In this document: positions 1 to 9,641 of the stretch, piece after piece
Layout of the letters: each line of letters begins with the position of its first letter
How positions within the stretch are numbered: the first letter of the stretch is position 1
NCBI GenBank assembly: GCA_965223855.1
Contig: CBDCXM010000009.1
Location: forward strand, 2,944,001 to 3,008,000
Direction: 5' to 3'
Length of the DNA stretch: 64,000 nucleotides
Source: Candidatus Multivoradales bacterium
GTDB lineage: Bacteria; Acidobacteriota; Thermoanaerobaculia; Multivoradales; JAHEKO01
The notes under the pieces: model-generated
What the model saw: the letters and a program-made list of their open reading frames with translations, nothing else
Database searches by the model: none
Told to the model about the DNA's origin: nothing
Program-made: the position numbers and the translations under genes

Positions 1-1
1 G

Positions 2-1948
2 CTCTACCGGCTGAAGGCTGCGATCGAAGAGCTCTACCACGAGCGCGGCTACCGTCTGGCGGAGGCCAACTACTCGATCGAGGAGGGGCGCGCGGGCAAC
101 CGGCGGGTCATCTTCACGGTCGACGAGGGAGACAAGGTCAGGATCTCGGAGATCGACTTCGAGGGCAACACCGTCTTCAGCGACAGCCGGCTCAAGTGGA
201 CGATGAGCAAAACCAAGGAGAGCGGGTTCATCACCAAGCTCTTCCAGCGGGACGTCTACGAGGAGACCAAGTTCGAGGAGGATCTCGACAAGGTCCGCGA
301 GGTCTACCGCAAGGCCGGCTACAAGAACCTCGTGATCGGTGAGCCGGAGATCGATATCGAGGCGGAGCGACCGCAGGCGGCGACCATCTCCGAGCAGCGC
401 CGTCGCATGGTGATCACCATCCCGCTCGAGGAGGGGCAGCGGTGGCGCCTCGGTGACATCACGATCGAAGGGAACGAGAGGTTCAGCGACGAGTTGCTGC
501 TCGCTCAGTTCGAGAAGCCGCGTGGTGGCTGGCTGCGATCGACGGTCATCGACGAAGGCCTCGAGGCGGTCGGCGAGGTCTACCGCAACACCGGCTACCT
601 GTTCGCCAACGTCGCTTCGGAGCTCGTCGAGAGGGATGGCGACGTGGCCGACGTTCTCGTCAAGGTGGACGAGGGAGACCAGTACCGTGTCGGTCGGATC
701 GAGTTCGTCGGCAACCTCAAGACGAAGGACAAGGTGATCCGACGCGAGCTCGGGGTGCAGGAGGGGCGGATTCTGAGCTCCGGCGCACTCAAGAACTCGC
801 TGCTGCGCGTTCGCCAGCTCGAGTTCTTCAAGATCGACGAGGACGAGCCGGTCGAGTTCGACTTCGACAGCGAGAACAAGACTGTCGATCTGCTGATCAA
901 GGGGCAGGAGGGGCAACGAACCGAGCTGCTCTTCGGAGGCGGTTTCAGCGAGCTCGACGGGTTTTTCGGCCAGCTTCAGTTCCGCACGCGGAACTTCCTC
1001 GGCCGGGGGGAGACGGTCGGTGTGTCGCTCCAGTCAGGCGGCCGGCAGGACGTATTCGACCTCTCCTACAGCATTCCGTGGCTCTTCGACCGGCCGCAGA
1101 ATCTCGGCATCCAGGCGTTCAAACGGCGCCTCGACTTCCAGTTTCTGGACGGACAGCAGATCTTCCAGGACACCCAGGGGGGAACCCTGACGTACGGCCG
1201 CCGGCTGTCGCTCTTCGGCACCGCCTCGGTCGCCTACAGCCGTTTCGACGCCACAGACAGTCGCAGCCTGATCAACGGACTCGGCGATCTCGTCAGCCAG
1301 GAGTTCAGTCGCGACGTCTCGAACCTCCGACTCGCCTATGGCTTCGACAAGCGCGACAGTGTGCTCACTCCCTCGCGTGGGATGCGATACACCGCCAGTA
1401 TCGACTACGCCGGTGGCGCTCTCGGAGGCAATTCGAACTTCGTGCGCCCCAGGGCGCAGTTCAGCCTCTTCAAGCCGATCACCCAGACCCGGGTCCAGAC
1501 GGTCGCCGCGATCAATGTCGAAGCGGGCTTCATCGAGCCCTTCGGCAGCGAGCCGCTGTTCTTCAACGATCGCTTCTATCTGGGCGGCGAGTCGACTCTC
1601 AGAGGCCATCGGGTTCGCACGATCTGGGTGCGCGAGCAGGACGGGACGACGAGGGTCGACGAACAGGGCTTCCCGATCGGCGGCGACAAGTTCTTCCAGA
1701 TCAACCTGGAGTACCAGTGGCTGCTCGGCGGGCCGTTCAGGATTCTCGCCTTCTACGATGCGGCGAACGTCTTCGCGCCGGACCAGACGATCGAGCTCGA
1801 CGATCTGCGCAGGACGACCGGACTCGAACTGAGGGTCAACATCCCGGCGTTCGGAGCCCCTCTGCGCTTCATCTACTCGACCAACCTCACCCCGTTCGCT
1901 GATGACCGGTTCGAGAGCTTCCGGTTCAGCGTCGGTGCCGGTTTCTGA
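2..1948 (+). CDS. bamA: Outer membrane protein assembly factor BamA (5'-truncated by window edge)
   Basis: Frame open from base 2 (LYRLKAAIEELYHERGY...). POTRA repeats (YRKAGY, IEFVGNLKTKDKVIRRE), barrel motifs RNFLGRGE and FYLGGESTLRG, C-terminal Phe; followed by skp-lpxD-fabZ-lpxA. Confidence 0.95.
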   Translation, partial: LYRLKAAIEELYHERGYRLAEANYSIEEGRAGNRRVIFTVDEGDKVRISEIDFEGNTVFSDSRLKWTMSKTKESGFITKLFQRDVYEETKFEEDLDKVREVYRKAGYKNLVIGEPEIDIEAERPQAATISEQRRRMVITIPLEEGQRWRLGDITIEGNERFSDELLLAQFEKPRGGWLRSTVIDEGLEAVGEVYRNTGYLFANVASELVERDGDVADVLVKVDEGDQYRVGRIEFVGNLKTKDKVIRRELGVQEGRILSSGALKNSLLRVRQLEFFKIDEDEPVEFDFDSENKTVDLLIKGQEGQRTELLFGGGFSELDGFFGQLQFRTRNFLGRGETVGVSLQSGGRQDVFDLSYSIPWLFDRPQNLGIQAFKRRLDFQFLDGQQIFQDTQGGTLTYGRRLSLFGTASVAYSRFDATDSRSLINGLGDLVSQEFSRDVSNLRLAYGFDKRDSVLTPSRGMRYTASIDYAGGALGGNSNFVRPRAQFSLFKPITQTRVQTVAAINVEAGFIEPFGSEPLFFNDRFYLGGESTLRGHRVRTIWVREQDGTTRVDEQGFPIGGDKFFQINLEYQWLLGGPFRILAFYDAANVFAPDQTIELDDLRRTTGLELRVNIPAFGAPLRFIYSTNLTPFADDRFESFRFSVGAGF

Positions 1949-1974
1949 TCGGAATCACCAAGGAGTTCAGGATC

Positions 1975-2574
1975 ATGAGTCTTCGCAAGACGCGCTCGAA
2001 GCCCGGCTGGGCGCTGCTCCCGGCGTTGCTGCTTGCCACCGTCGTTCCTCAACCGCAGATTGCGGCTCAGGAGGAGACCTCCGAGGGGGCGGCGCCTCAG
2101 GCCGTCTCCCAGCCCGGGGCGACCCGTGTCGCCGTCATCGACGTCCGGCGCATCCTCCTCGAATCGACGGCCGGCAAGGCGGCGATCGAGGAACTGCGCC
2201 AGCTCGCCGAGTCCCGTCAGTCCGCACTGGCCGCGAAGGAGGAGGAGGCCGCTGAGCTCCAGGAGACGATCGAGACCCAGCGGCTGACCCTCGCCGAGGG
2301 CAAGCTCGAGGAGATGGAGCGCGACCTTCAGGACATGGTGATCGACATGCGCCGTGACCAGGACGATGCCCGCCGGGAGTTGGAGGAGCGGCAGGTCGCG
2401 GAGTTCGGGAAGATCGAGGAGAAGGTGATGCCGCTCATCCAGGAACTGGGTGAGGAGATGGGATACACCCTCATCTTCAACAAGTTCGAGGACAGCGGAC
2501 TGCTGTTCGCCGCCGACGGCGCCGATGTCACGGACGAGGTGCTGCGCCGCTTCAATGCGCTGCCCGAAGGGTAG
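1975..2574 (+). CDS. skp: OmpH/Skp periplasmic chaperone
   Basis: Signal peptide, VAVIDVRRIL...GKAA, long coiled coil, GYTLIF...DVTDEVL; AGGAG SD; lies between bamA and lpxD. Confidence 0.92.
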   Translation: MSLRKTRSKPGWALLPALLLATVVPQPQIAAQEETSEGAAPQAVSQPGATRVAVIDVRRILLESTAGKAAIEELRQLAESRQSALAAKEEEAAELQETIETQRLTLAEGKLEEMERDLQDMVIDMRRDQDDARRELEERQVAEFGKIEEKVMPLIQELGEEMGYTLIFNKFEDSGLLFAADGADVTDEVLRRFNALPEG

Positions 2575-2577
2575 CCC

Positions 2578-3597
2578 TTGAGCTTCAGGCTCGCCGATCT
2601 GGCAGCACTCGTCGGCGGTGAGGTCGTCGGCGACGGCGAGCGTCCGATCGAAGGACTGCGGACGCTCGAAGACGCGCGAGAGAACCATCTCTCCTTCCTC
2701 ACCCATTCGAGGTACCGGGAGGAGGCGAACCGCAGCTCGGCCGGAGCGCTTCTGGTCGGCAGAGGGGACGACGACCTCACGACAGACCTCGTGGTCGTGG
2801 AGGATCCTTCGAGGGCTCTCGCACTTCTGCTGCGCCACTTCGCCTCACCGCGGCGCGCAGAGCCCGGCATCCATCCCTCGGCCGTGATCGCGGAGGATGC
2901 CGAGGTCGATCCCTCCGCCTCCATCGGGGCTCTCTGTGTCGTCGGATCGGGTGCCCTGATCGGCCCCCGCACGCGGCTCGAGCCGCACTGCGTCCTCGGC
3001 GAGGGCGCAACTGTAGGTGCGGACTGCCTGCTGCACGCCAGGGTGACGCTCTACGACCGCTCGGCAGTGGGAGATCGGTGCATCCTTCATTCGGGAGCCG
3101 TCGTGGGCGCCGACGGGTTCGGCTACGCCTCCGACGGCGAGGGGCACCACAAGCTCGAGCACCTCGGTCGCACGGTTCTCGAGGACGATGTGGAGGTGGG
3201 AGCCAACGCAACACTCGACCGCGGGATGCTCGGCGACACGGTGATCGGCGCGGGCACGAAGATCGACGACCTCGTGATGGTCGCCCACAACGTCCGCGTG
3301 GGACGCCACTGCCTGCTGGTCGCACAGGCCGGAATCGCCGGCAGCGCGCGCCTCGGAGACCGGGTCACGGTGGCCGGGCAGTCCGGTATCATCGGGCATA
3401 TCGCGGTGGGTGACGACGTGGTCGTAGCGAGCAAGTCGGCGGTCTATCGGGAGGTGGAACCGGGCAAGCAGCTAGCGGGCATCCCGGCCACGGATCTCCC
3501 GCTCTGGCGCCGGCAGCAGGCGATCGTCGCTCGGCTGCCCGAATGGCGCGCGAGGCTGATGCGACTCGAACGGGATCGCCGGGAGGAGAGCGAGTGA
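2578..3597 (+). CDS. lpxD: UDP-3-O-acylglucosamine N-acyltransferase
   Basis: Hexapeptide repeats, GADGFGY, KIDDLVMVAHNV, VAQAGIAGS; TTG start. Confidence 0.96.
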   Translation: MSFRLADLAALVGGEVVGDGERPIEGLRTLEDARENHLSFLTHSRYREEANRSSAGALLVGRGDDDLTTDLVVVEDPSRALALLLRHFASPRRAEPGIHPSAVIAEDAEVDPSASIGALCVVGSGALIGPRTRLEPHCVLGEGATVGADCLLHARVTLYDRSAVGDRCILHSGAVVGADGFGYASDGEGHHKLEHLGRTVLEDDVEVGANATLDRGMLGDTVIGAGTKIDDLVMVAHNVRVGRHCLLVAQAGIAGSARLGDRVTVAGQSGIIGHIAVGDDVVVASKSAVYREVEPGKQLAGIPATDLPLWRRQQAIVARLPEWRARLMRLERDRREESE

Positions 3598-4043
3598 CGG
3601 ACAACGAACAGTCGATGGATGTGCGGTGGATCATGTCGGTGCTGCCGCACCGCTATCCCTTCCTGCTCGTGGATCGTGTGATTGCGATCCAGCCGGGCGA
3701 GTCGATCCAGGCCTACAAGAACGTCACCGCCAACGAGGAGTTCTTCAACGGCCATTTCCCGGGGCATCCGGTCATGCCGGGGGTGATGATCATCGAGGGG
3801 ATGGCTCAGGCGGCCGGCATTCTGACTTTGCACGACCGCCCGCAGCGCGAGGACAAGCTGATGTACTTCACCGGGATCGACAGCGCCCGCTTCCGGCGCC
3901 CGGTCGTCCCCGGCGATCGGCTGGTGTACGAAGTGAAGATCCTGCGCCTGCGCTCGTCGTACTGCAAGCTCGAGGGGCGGGCTCTGGTGGACGGCGAACT
4001 GGCCGCGCAGGCGACCATGGCGTCCGCGCTGGTGGATCGATGA
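3594..4043 (+). CDS. fabZ: 3-hydroxyacyl-ACP dehydratase
   Basis: [42 protein letters not shown]; GTG start overlaps the lpxD stop (GTGA). Confidence 0.97.
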   Translation: MTDNEQSMDVRWIMSVLPHRYPFLLVDRVIAIQPGESIQAYKNVTANEEFFNGHFPGHPVMPGVMIIEGMAQAAGILTLHDRPQREDKLMYFTGIDSARFRRPVVPGDRLVYEVKILRLRSSYCKLEGRALVDGELAAQATMASALVDR

Positions 4044-4858
4044 CCGAACACATCCACCCGACAGCCGTCGTAGACCCGGGCGCCGAACTCGGGGATGGCG
4101 TCAGAATCGGTCCGTACGCCGTCGTTGGAGCCGGCGTGACGCTCGGCGCCGACTGCGAGGTCGGAGCCTCGGCGCAGGTCGACGGGCCGAGTACCTTCGG
4201 AGCAGGGAACAGGATCTTCCCGCACGCCTGTGTCGGATTCGAGCCGCAGGACCTCAAGTTCGACGGCGAGGAGACTCGCCTGGAGGTCGGCAGCGGCAAT
4301 TCGTTCCGCGAGTTCTGCACGGTTCATCGCGGGACCGCCGTGGGTGGTGGCCTGACGTCCATCGGCGACGACAATCTCTTCATGGCGTACTCCCACGTGG
4401 CGCATGACTGCCACGTCGGCAACCGGACGATCTTCAGCAACGGTGGGACCCTCGCGGGCCACGTCGAGGTACACGACGACGCGGTCGTCGGTGCCTACAG
4501 CGCGGTCCACCAGTTCTGCAGAGTCGGGCGGCACGCCTATATCGGAGGCTATTCCGTCATCACCCAGGACGCGCTGCCGTTCGTCAAGACCGTGGGTCAC
4601 CGGCCGGCGGTGTACGGGCTCAACCGCATCGGCCTCGAGCGAAAGGGGTTCGACAAGGAGACTCTTCAGCGGCTCGATGCGGCGCTGCGGGTCTTTCTGC
4701 GCAAGGGACTCGGAAACGAAACCGCGCTGGAGCGGCTGCGGGCCGAGCACTCGGACGGTGCCGAGGTGGACGAGCTGATCGAATTCATTGCCGGCAGCCG
4801 GCGCGGAGTGATCAAGAACCTCCCGGGCGGCCGTCGCAGCCGCGGTGGCAGTGGCTGA
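4040..4858 (+). CDS. lpxA: Acyl-ACP--UDP-N-acetylglucosamine O-acyltransferase
   Basis: IHPTAVV, PQDLKF, HRGT, HVAHDC, LAGHV, HQF, GLNRIGLER; ATGA overlap with fabZ. Confidence 0.97.
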   Translation: MTEHIHPTAVVDPGAELGDGVRIGPYAVVGAGVTLGADCEVGASAQVDGPSTFGAGNRIFPHACVGFEPQDLKFDGEETRLEVGSGNSFREFCTVHRGTAVGGGLTSIGDDNLFMAYSHVAHDCHVGNRTIFSNGGTLAGHVEVHDDAVVGAYSAVHQFCRVGRHAYIGGYSVITQDALPFVKTVGHRPAVYGLNRIGLERKGFDKETLQRLDAALRVFLRKGLGNETALERLRAEHSDGAEVDELIEFIAGSRRGVIKNLPGGRRSRGGSG

Positions 4859-5795
4859 CCCTCACGGCCGACGCCTTCGGGTGGGGGTCGTCGGGACGGG
4901 TGCTCTCGGCCGCCACCATGTGAGGATCGCCGCCGAGCTGCCTGAGGCGGAGCTGATCGGCGTGGTCGACCGGCGGGTCGATGTCGCGAGGGAACTCATC
5001 GCCGCCCACGGAGGCCGTGTCTTTCCGAACGTCATCGCCCTCGCCTCCGAGGTGGACGCGGCGGTCGTCGCCGTGCCGACTCGCGATCATCTGGAGATCG
5101 CCCGAACGCTCCTCGAGGCCGGAGTCCACGTGATGGTGGAGAAGCCGATCGCGACGACCCTCGCCGAGGCCGACGAGATGATCGACACGGCCGGCGACCG
5201 CGTACTCGCTGTCGGTCACGTGGAGTTCTACAACCCGGCCGTGCAGGCGCTGCTCCCGGTGGCCTCAGATCCCGGCTTCGTGGAGTTCGAGAGGCTTGCC
5301 GCCTTCACTCCGCGAAGCCTCGACGTCGACGTGGTGCTCGACCTGATGATTCACGACCTGCAGATTCTCCATGCACTCGACCCGAGCCCCGTCCGCGAAG
5401 TGAGGGCCACGGGGATCCGGGTTCTGACGGAGCGGGTCGACATCGCCAACGTCAGGCTGGAGCTCGAGTCCGGATGTGTGGCGAACCTCACCGCGTCTCG
5501 GGTCTCGGCCGAGAAGTCGCGCAAGCTCCGGGTGTTCCTCGAACGCCGATACTTCTCGCTCGACTATCACGAGCAGTCGATTCATGGCTTCGAGCTGGTC
5601 GCGGAGGGGGGAGAGCGCGGGATACGGCCTGTGGAGCGACCGGTCGAGCCGGCGGAGCCGCTCAAGGCGGAGATGCGGGCGTTCCTGGCGGCCTGCCGTG
5701 GAGACGAAGCAACGTATGTTTCGGGCCGGGACGGTCGACGTGCGCTCGAGACTGCGGAGCGGGTGCTGGCGGCGATCGACCGGCGTGCCGGCTGA
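4845..5795 (+). CDS. Gfo/Idh/MocA family NAD-dependent oxidoreductase, GnnA-like
   Basis: GTGALG Rossmann motif, VEKP, VGHVEFYNPA, DVVLDLMIHD, LTASRVS; overlaps the lpxA stop. Confidence 0.85.
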   Translation: MAVADPHGRRLRVGVVGTGALGRHHVRIAAELPEAELIGVVDRRVDVARELIAAHGGRVFPNVIALASEVDAAVVAVPTRDHLEIARTLLEAGVHVMVEKPIATTLAEADEMIDTAGDRVLAVGHVEFYNPAVQALLPVASDPGFVEFERLAAFTPRSLDVDVVLDLMIHDLQILHALDPSPVREVRATGIRVLTERVDIANVRLELESGCVANLTASRVSAEKSRKLRVFLERRYFSLDYHEQSIHGFELVAEGGERGIRPVERPVEPAEPLKAEMRAFLAACRGDEATYVSGRDGRRALETAERVLAAIDRRAG

Positions 5796-5810
5796 CGAAG
5801 GAGGGGAAGC

Positions 5811-6680
5811 ATGACGACGGCACACATCGGCGTGATCGGCGGAAGCGGTCTGTACGACATGCCGCAGATCGAGCGAGTCCGGACGGAGGCGGTCGAGACG
5901 CCGTTCGGCCCGCCCTCCGCACCCTTGCGAGTCGGCCGCCTGGAGGGGGTGCCGGTAGCCTTCCTCGCGCGCCACGGCGAGGCGCATACCCTGCTGCCCT
6001 CGGAGCTCAACTTCCGGGCGAACCTCTACGCTCTCAAGCGCCTCGGAGTCGAGTGGGTGATCTCGGTGAGTGCTGTCGGCTCGATGCGGCGGCGGTATGC
6101 ACCGACCGACATCGTCGTTCCGGATCAGTTCTACGACCGAACGCGCCATCGTGCCGACACGTTCTTCGGCTCAGGTCTGGTCGCTCACGTGTCGATGGCC
6201 GACCCGGTCTGCGCCGAACTCCGGGACGTTCTGGTGGCGGCTTCCGAGAGCTGTGGAGCGCGCACCCACTCGGGGGGTACCTACCTGTGCATGGAAGGGC
6301 CGCAGTTCTCGACACGAGCCGAGTCTCACGTCTACCGGAGCTGGGGCATGGACGTGATCGGCATGACCAACCTCCAGGAAGCCAAGCTCGCGCGCGAGGC
6401 CGAGATGTCCTACGCCACTCTCGCCATGGTCACCGACTACGATTGCTGGCACGAGGAGGAGGCCGACGTCGAGGTGACCGACGTGCTTACGGTCCTGCGG
6501 GAGAACGCAGCCATGGCGCAGAGGGTCGTTCGCGAAGCGGTGCGGACGATCGGCACGGAACGGAGCACACCCTGGACGGGAAGTCTCCGTTACGCGATGA
6601 TCACCGCACTCGAGCACGTGCCGAAGGAGACCCTGGAGAAGCTGGGTCCTATCGTGGCGCCGTATCTCGAGCCCTCCTGA
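5811..6680 (+). CDS. mtnP: S-methyl-5'-thioadenosine phosphorylase
   Basis: IGGSGLY, TPFG, ARHG, EGPQFSTRAES, IGMT, VTDYDCW. Confidence 0.93.
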   Translation: MTTAHIGVIGGSGLYDMPQIERVRTEAVETPFGPPSAPLRVGRLEGVPVAFLARHGEAHTLLPSELNFRANLYALKRLGVEWVISVSAVGSMRRRYAPTDIVVPDQFYDRTRHRADTFFGSGLVAHVSMADPVCAELRDVLVAASESCGARTHSGGTYLCMEGPQFSTRAESHVYRSWGMDVIGMTNLQEAKLAREAEMSYATLAMVTDYDCWHEEEADVEVTDVLTVLRENAAMAQRVVREAVRTIGTERSTPWTGSLRYAMITALEHVPKETLEKLGPIVAPYLEPS

Positions 6681-6713
6681 ACCACTCAGAGCTTCCACCC
6701 AGAGGTCCTACCG

Positions 6714-7490
6714 ATGACTCGCATTCTGGTCACCAACGATGATGGTGTGTTCTCCGAAGGCATCAAGCTGCTGGCCAGGGCGCTCGAGCCGCTTGCGGAG
6801 GTGTGGGTGGTCGCTCCCGATCGCGAGCAGAGTGCCATGGGACACGCGCTCACCCTTCACCGCCCGCTCAGGATGCGGCCGCTCGGCGAGCGGCTCTACT
6901 CGGTCGACGGAACTCCGACGGACTGCGTCAATCTCGCGGTGCTCTCGCTCCTCAAGGAGACTCCGCCCGACCTCGTCGTCTCGGGAATCAACTTCGGGCT
7001 CAACCTGGGCGATGACGTCACCTATTCGGGAACGGTCAGCGCGACCTTCGAAGGGACGCTGATGGGGATCCCGTCCGTCGCCTTCAGCCAGCAGGTCGCC
7101 AAGTCCTTTTCCTTCGAGCCGGGAGCCGCATATGCCGCGGGCCTGATCGAAGTGCTGCTGGGGCACGATCTTCCGGAGGATCTTCTGCTCAACGTCAACT
7201 TTCCGGCCGGTGAGTTCAAGGGGTCGCAAGTGACGAAGCTGGGGCGGCGGCGTTATCAGCAGTCGGTCGTCGAGAAGGTCGACCCGCACGGGCGTGAGTA
7301 CTACTGGATCGCCGGCACACCGGTGTGGGAGAAGTCGGAGGGATCCGATCAGGATGCCGTGGAGGACGGTTTCGTCTCGATCACCCCTCTGCACCTCGAC
7401 CTGACCGACTACCGCGGGCTCGAGTCCTACGGCTGGCTGGAAGAGGAGCTGGCGAGTGCCCGTTCGAAGACATCCGGGGACAGAGGATGA
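6714..7490 (+). CDS. surE: 5'/3'-nucleotidase SurE
   Basis: ILVTNDDG, GTPTDCV, VSGINFGLN, YSGTV, SITPL. Confidence 0.96.
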   Translation: MTRILVTNDDGVFSEGIKLLARALEPLAEVWVVAPDREQSAMGHALTLHRPLRMRPLGERLYSVDGTPTDCVNLAVLSLLKETPPDLVVSGINFGLNLGDDVTYSGTVSATFEGTLMGIPSVAFSQQVAKSFSFEPGAAYAAGLIEVLLGHDLPEDLLLNVNFPAGEFKGSQVTKLGRRRYQQSVVEKVDPHGREYYWIAGTPVWEKSEGSDQDAVEDGFVSITPLHLDLTDYRGLESYGWLEEELASARSKTSGDRG

Positions 7491-8152
7491 GCGACGATCC
7501 CGGCCAGCAGCGCCGGAGGATGGTCGAGCGCCTCCGTTCCGAGCTCGGGATCGCCGACGAGCGCGTACTGACGGCGATGATGACGGTCCCACGTCATCAC
7601 TTCGTCGATGACGGACCGCTCGCCTCTCACGCCTACAGTCTCCATGCTCTGCCGATCGGCGAGGAGCAGACGATCTCGAAGCCCGGGGTCGTCGCCCGCA
7701 TGACCGAGCTCCTCGAAGTCGGCGAGGAGGACAGCGTGCTCGAGATCGGTACCGGCTCGGGCTACCAGACGGCCATCCTGGCCGAGTTGGCGAAGCGGGT
7801 GTACAGCCTCGAGATCGTCCCCGCTCTCGCCCGTCAGGCGCTCGGCAGGATCCGCGCCCGGGGGTACACCAACGTGAAGATCCAGATCTTCGACGGCACC
7901 GTCGGCTGGAGCGAGGTGGCACCCTTCGATCGCATCCTCGTGACCGCCGGCGCTCCCTCTCTCCCGGCACCGCTGCTGGCGCAGCTCGCGGAGGGAGGCA
8001 GGCTGCTGATCCCGGAAGGGGAGCGTGACCGGCAGCATCTGGTGATCTATGAACGGGCGGGCGACAAGGTGCGACGCGAGGTGAAGGACGAGGCGTCGTT
8101 CGTCCCGCTGACCGGTCGCCACGGCTGGGAAGAGAAGGTGGAGAGCCGATGA
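7487..8152 (+). CDS. pcm: Protein-L-isoaspartate O-methyltransferase
   Basis: VPRHHF, QTIS, VLEIGTGSGYQTA, PFDRILVTA, FVPL; ATGA overlap with surE. Confidence 0.95.
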   Translation: MSDDPGQQRRRMVERLRSELGIADERVLTAMMTVPRHHFVDDGPLASHAYSLHALPIGEEQTISKPGVVARMTELLEVGEEDSVLEIGTGSGYQTAILAELAKRVYSLEIVPALARQALGRIRARGYTNVKIQIFDGTVGWSEVAPFDRILVTAGAPSLPAPLLAQLAEGGRLLIPEGERDRQHLVIYERAGDKVRREVKDEASFVPLTGRHGWEEKVESR

Positions 8153-8796
8153 AGGCCGCCTGGAACAAGCTTCACGACCTGTTGAGCGGGATGCTGCACT
8201 GGGTCGAAGGGCTCGCACAGACGCCGACTGCGGAGTGGGCGCTCTTCGCCATCGCCTTCGCCGAGAGCAGCTTCTTCCCGATCCCTCCCGACGTGCTGTT
8301 GATCGCGCTGTGCCTCGGTGACCCCTCCAAGGCGCTCTGGTTCGCCTTGCTGTGCAGCGTCGGCTCCGTCCTCGGAGGCATGTTCGGGTACGGGGTGGGC
8401 TACTGGGGCGGGCGGCCGCTGGTGCAGCGTCTCTTCGACGAGCGCAAGGTGGAGGCGGTGCGCAGGCTGTACGACCGATACAACGCCTGGGCCACCGGTA
8501 TCGCGGGATTGACCCCTCTGCCGTACAAGATCTTCACCTTGAGCGCCGGTGCCCTGGGGGTCGACTTCAAGGTCTTCGCGTTGGCATCGGTGGTCGCTCG
8601 CAGTCTTAGATTCTTCGCCGTAGCCGGTCTGCTCTACTGGCTCGGCGAGCCGGCGAAGCAGTTCATCGAGGAGTACCTCAACCTGTTCTCGATCCTCTTC
8701 GTCGTCCTGCTCGTCGGCAGTTTCTGGCTGCTGTCGAGATGGACGTCGCAGGCAGGTGAGGAGGACGTCGGCGACAGCGAGCAGGAGCACGTATAA
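8149..8796 (+). CDS. YqaA/DedA (VTT domain) membrane protein
   Basis: AESSFFPIPPD, GSVLGG, TPLPYKIFT, RSLRFF; usual position after surE-pcm. Confidence 0.88.
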   Translation: MKAAWNKLHDLLSGMLHWVEGLAQTPTAEWALFAIAFAESSFFPIPPDVLLIALCLGDPSKALWFALLCSVGSVLGGMFGYGVGYWGGRPLVQRLFDERKVEAVRRLYDRYNAWATGIAGLTPLPYKIFTLSAGALGVDFKVFALASVVARSLRFFAVAGLLYWLGEPAKQFIEEYLNLFSILFVVLLVGSFWLLSRWTSQAGEEDVGDSEQEHV

Positions 8797-8797
8797 T
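8792..8797 (+). promoter_or_regulatory. Putative -10 box (TATAAT) for tRNA-Arg
   Basis: Perfect TATAAT overlapping the TAA stop of the YqaA gene, 14 nt upstream of the tRNA. Confidence 0.6.
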
Positions 8798-8811
8798 CCC
8801 GCCCGCCCGAA

Positions 8812-8888
8812 GCGGCTGTAGCTCAGGTGGATAGAGCGGAGGTTTCCTAAACCTTAGGTCGGGGGTTCGAGTCCTCCCAGCCGCACCA
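8812..8888 (+). tRNA. tRNA-Arg (anticodon CCT)
   Basis: Cloverleaf: acceptor GCGGCTG/CAGCCGC, D arm GCTC/GAGC, anticodon arm GAGGT-TTCCTAA-ACCTT, T arm with TTCGA, encoded CCA. Confidence 0.97.
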
Positions 8889-8930
8889 GCCATTGAATTC
8901 GATCCGGGATCCGGACGACAGGAACGAGCC

Positions 8931-9605
8931 ATGAGCGATCGATTGACACGACAGGAGATGAAGCGGGACGAGGTCCTCGAAGGGCTGGCTCGCGCGGTCG
9001 AGTTCTTCCGCGAGAACGCGAAGGCGATCGGAGTCGCCCTGCTGGGGCTTCTCGTAGCCGTAACCGGCTACGCGGCCTGGCAGGGCTACCAGGGAGGCGC
9101 CGAAAGGCGCGCCAACGAGAGTCTCGCCTCGGCCCTCGAGAGCATCGACACAGCGCAGTCCGAGACGAGCGAGGAGCTGCGCTCGTCGCTCGCGGCGGTG
9201 ATCGACGATCATGGCTCGACGAAGGCGGGCAGCGTCGCCCACGCCTATCTCGGCCGAGCCGCTGCCGCGGACGGGGACTTCGCCGCCGCCCGCGAGCACT
9301 GGGAGGCGTTCCTGGCGAAGCATAGCGAGCACGCGCTCGCCGCGCAGGTGGAGCGCAACCTGATCGCCCTCGATCGCCAGGAAGGTCGCACCGAGGAGCT
9401 GGTCTCTCGCTTGCGCTCGCAGATCGCGGCCGGGTCCGGTGCGCTGCCCGGAGACGCTCTGCTGTGGGAGCTGGCAAACGCTCTCGAAGCATCGAGTCAG
9501 AACGAGGCGGCGCTCGAGGTCTACGAGCAGCTGACGGAGGAGCACCCGTCGTCGGTGTTCGCCTCGCGGGCCCGCTCCCGGGCCGAGGCGCTGACCCTGT
9601 CCTGA
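8931..9605 (+). CDS. YfgM-like membrane-anchored TPR protein
   Basis: N-terminal LTRQEMKRDE, one TM helix, then TPR-like helices (AYLGRAA, EVYEQLTEEHPSS). Confidence 0.7.
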   Translation: MSDRLTRQEMKRDEVLEGLARAVEFFRENAKAIGVALLGLLVAVTGYAAWQGYQGGAERRANESLASALESIDTAQSETSEELRSSLAAVIDDHGSTKAGSVAHAYLGRAAAADGDFAAAREHWEAFLAKHSEHALAAQVERNLIALDRQEGRTEELVSRLRSQIAAGSGALPGDALLWELANALEASSQNEAALEVYEQLTEEHPSSVFASRARSRAEALTLS

Positions 9606-9641
9606 ACCGGGGGCGCGCCGGCAGAGTCGGAGAGCGGCGGC

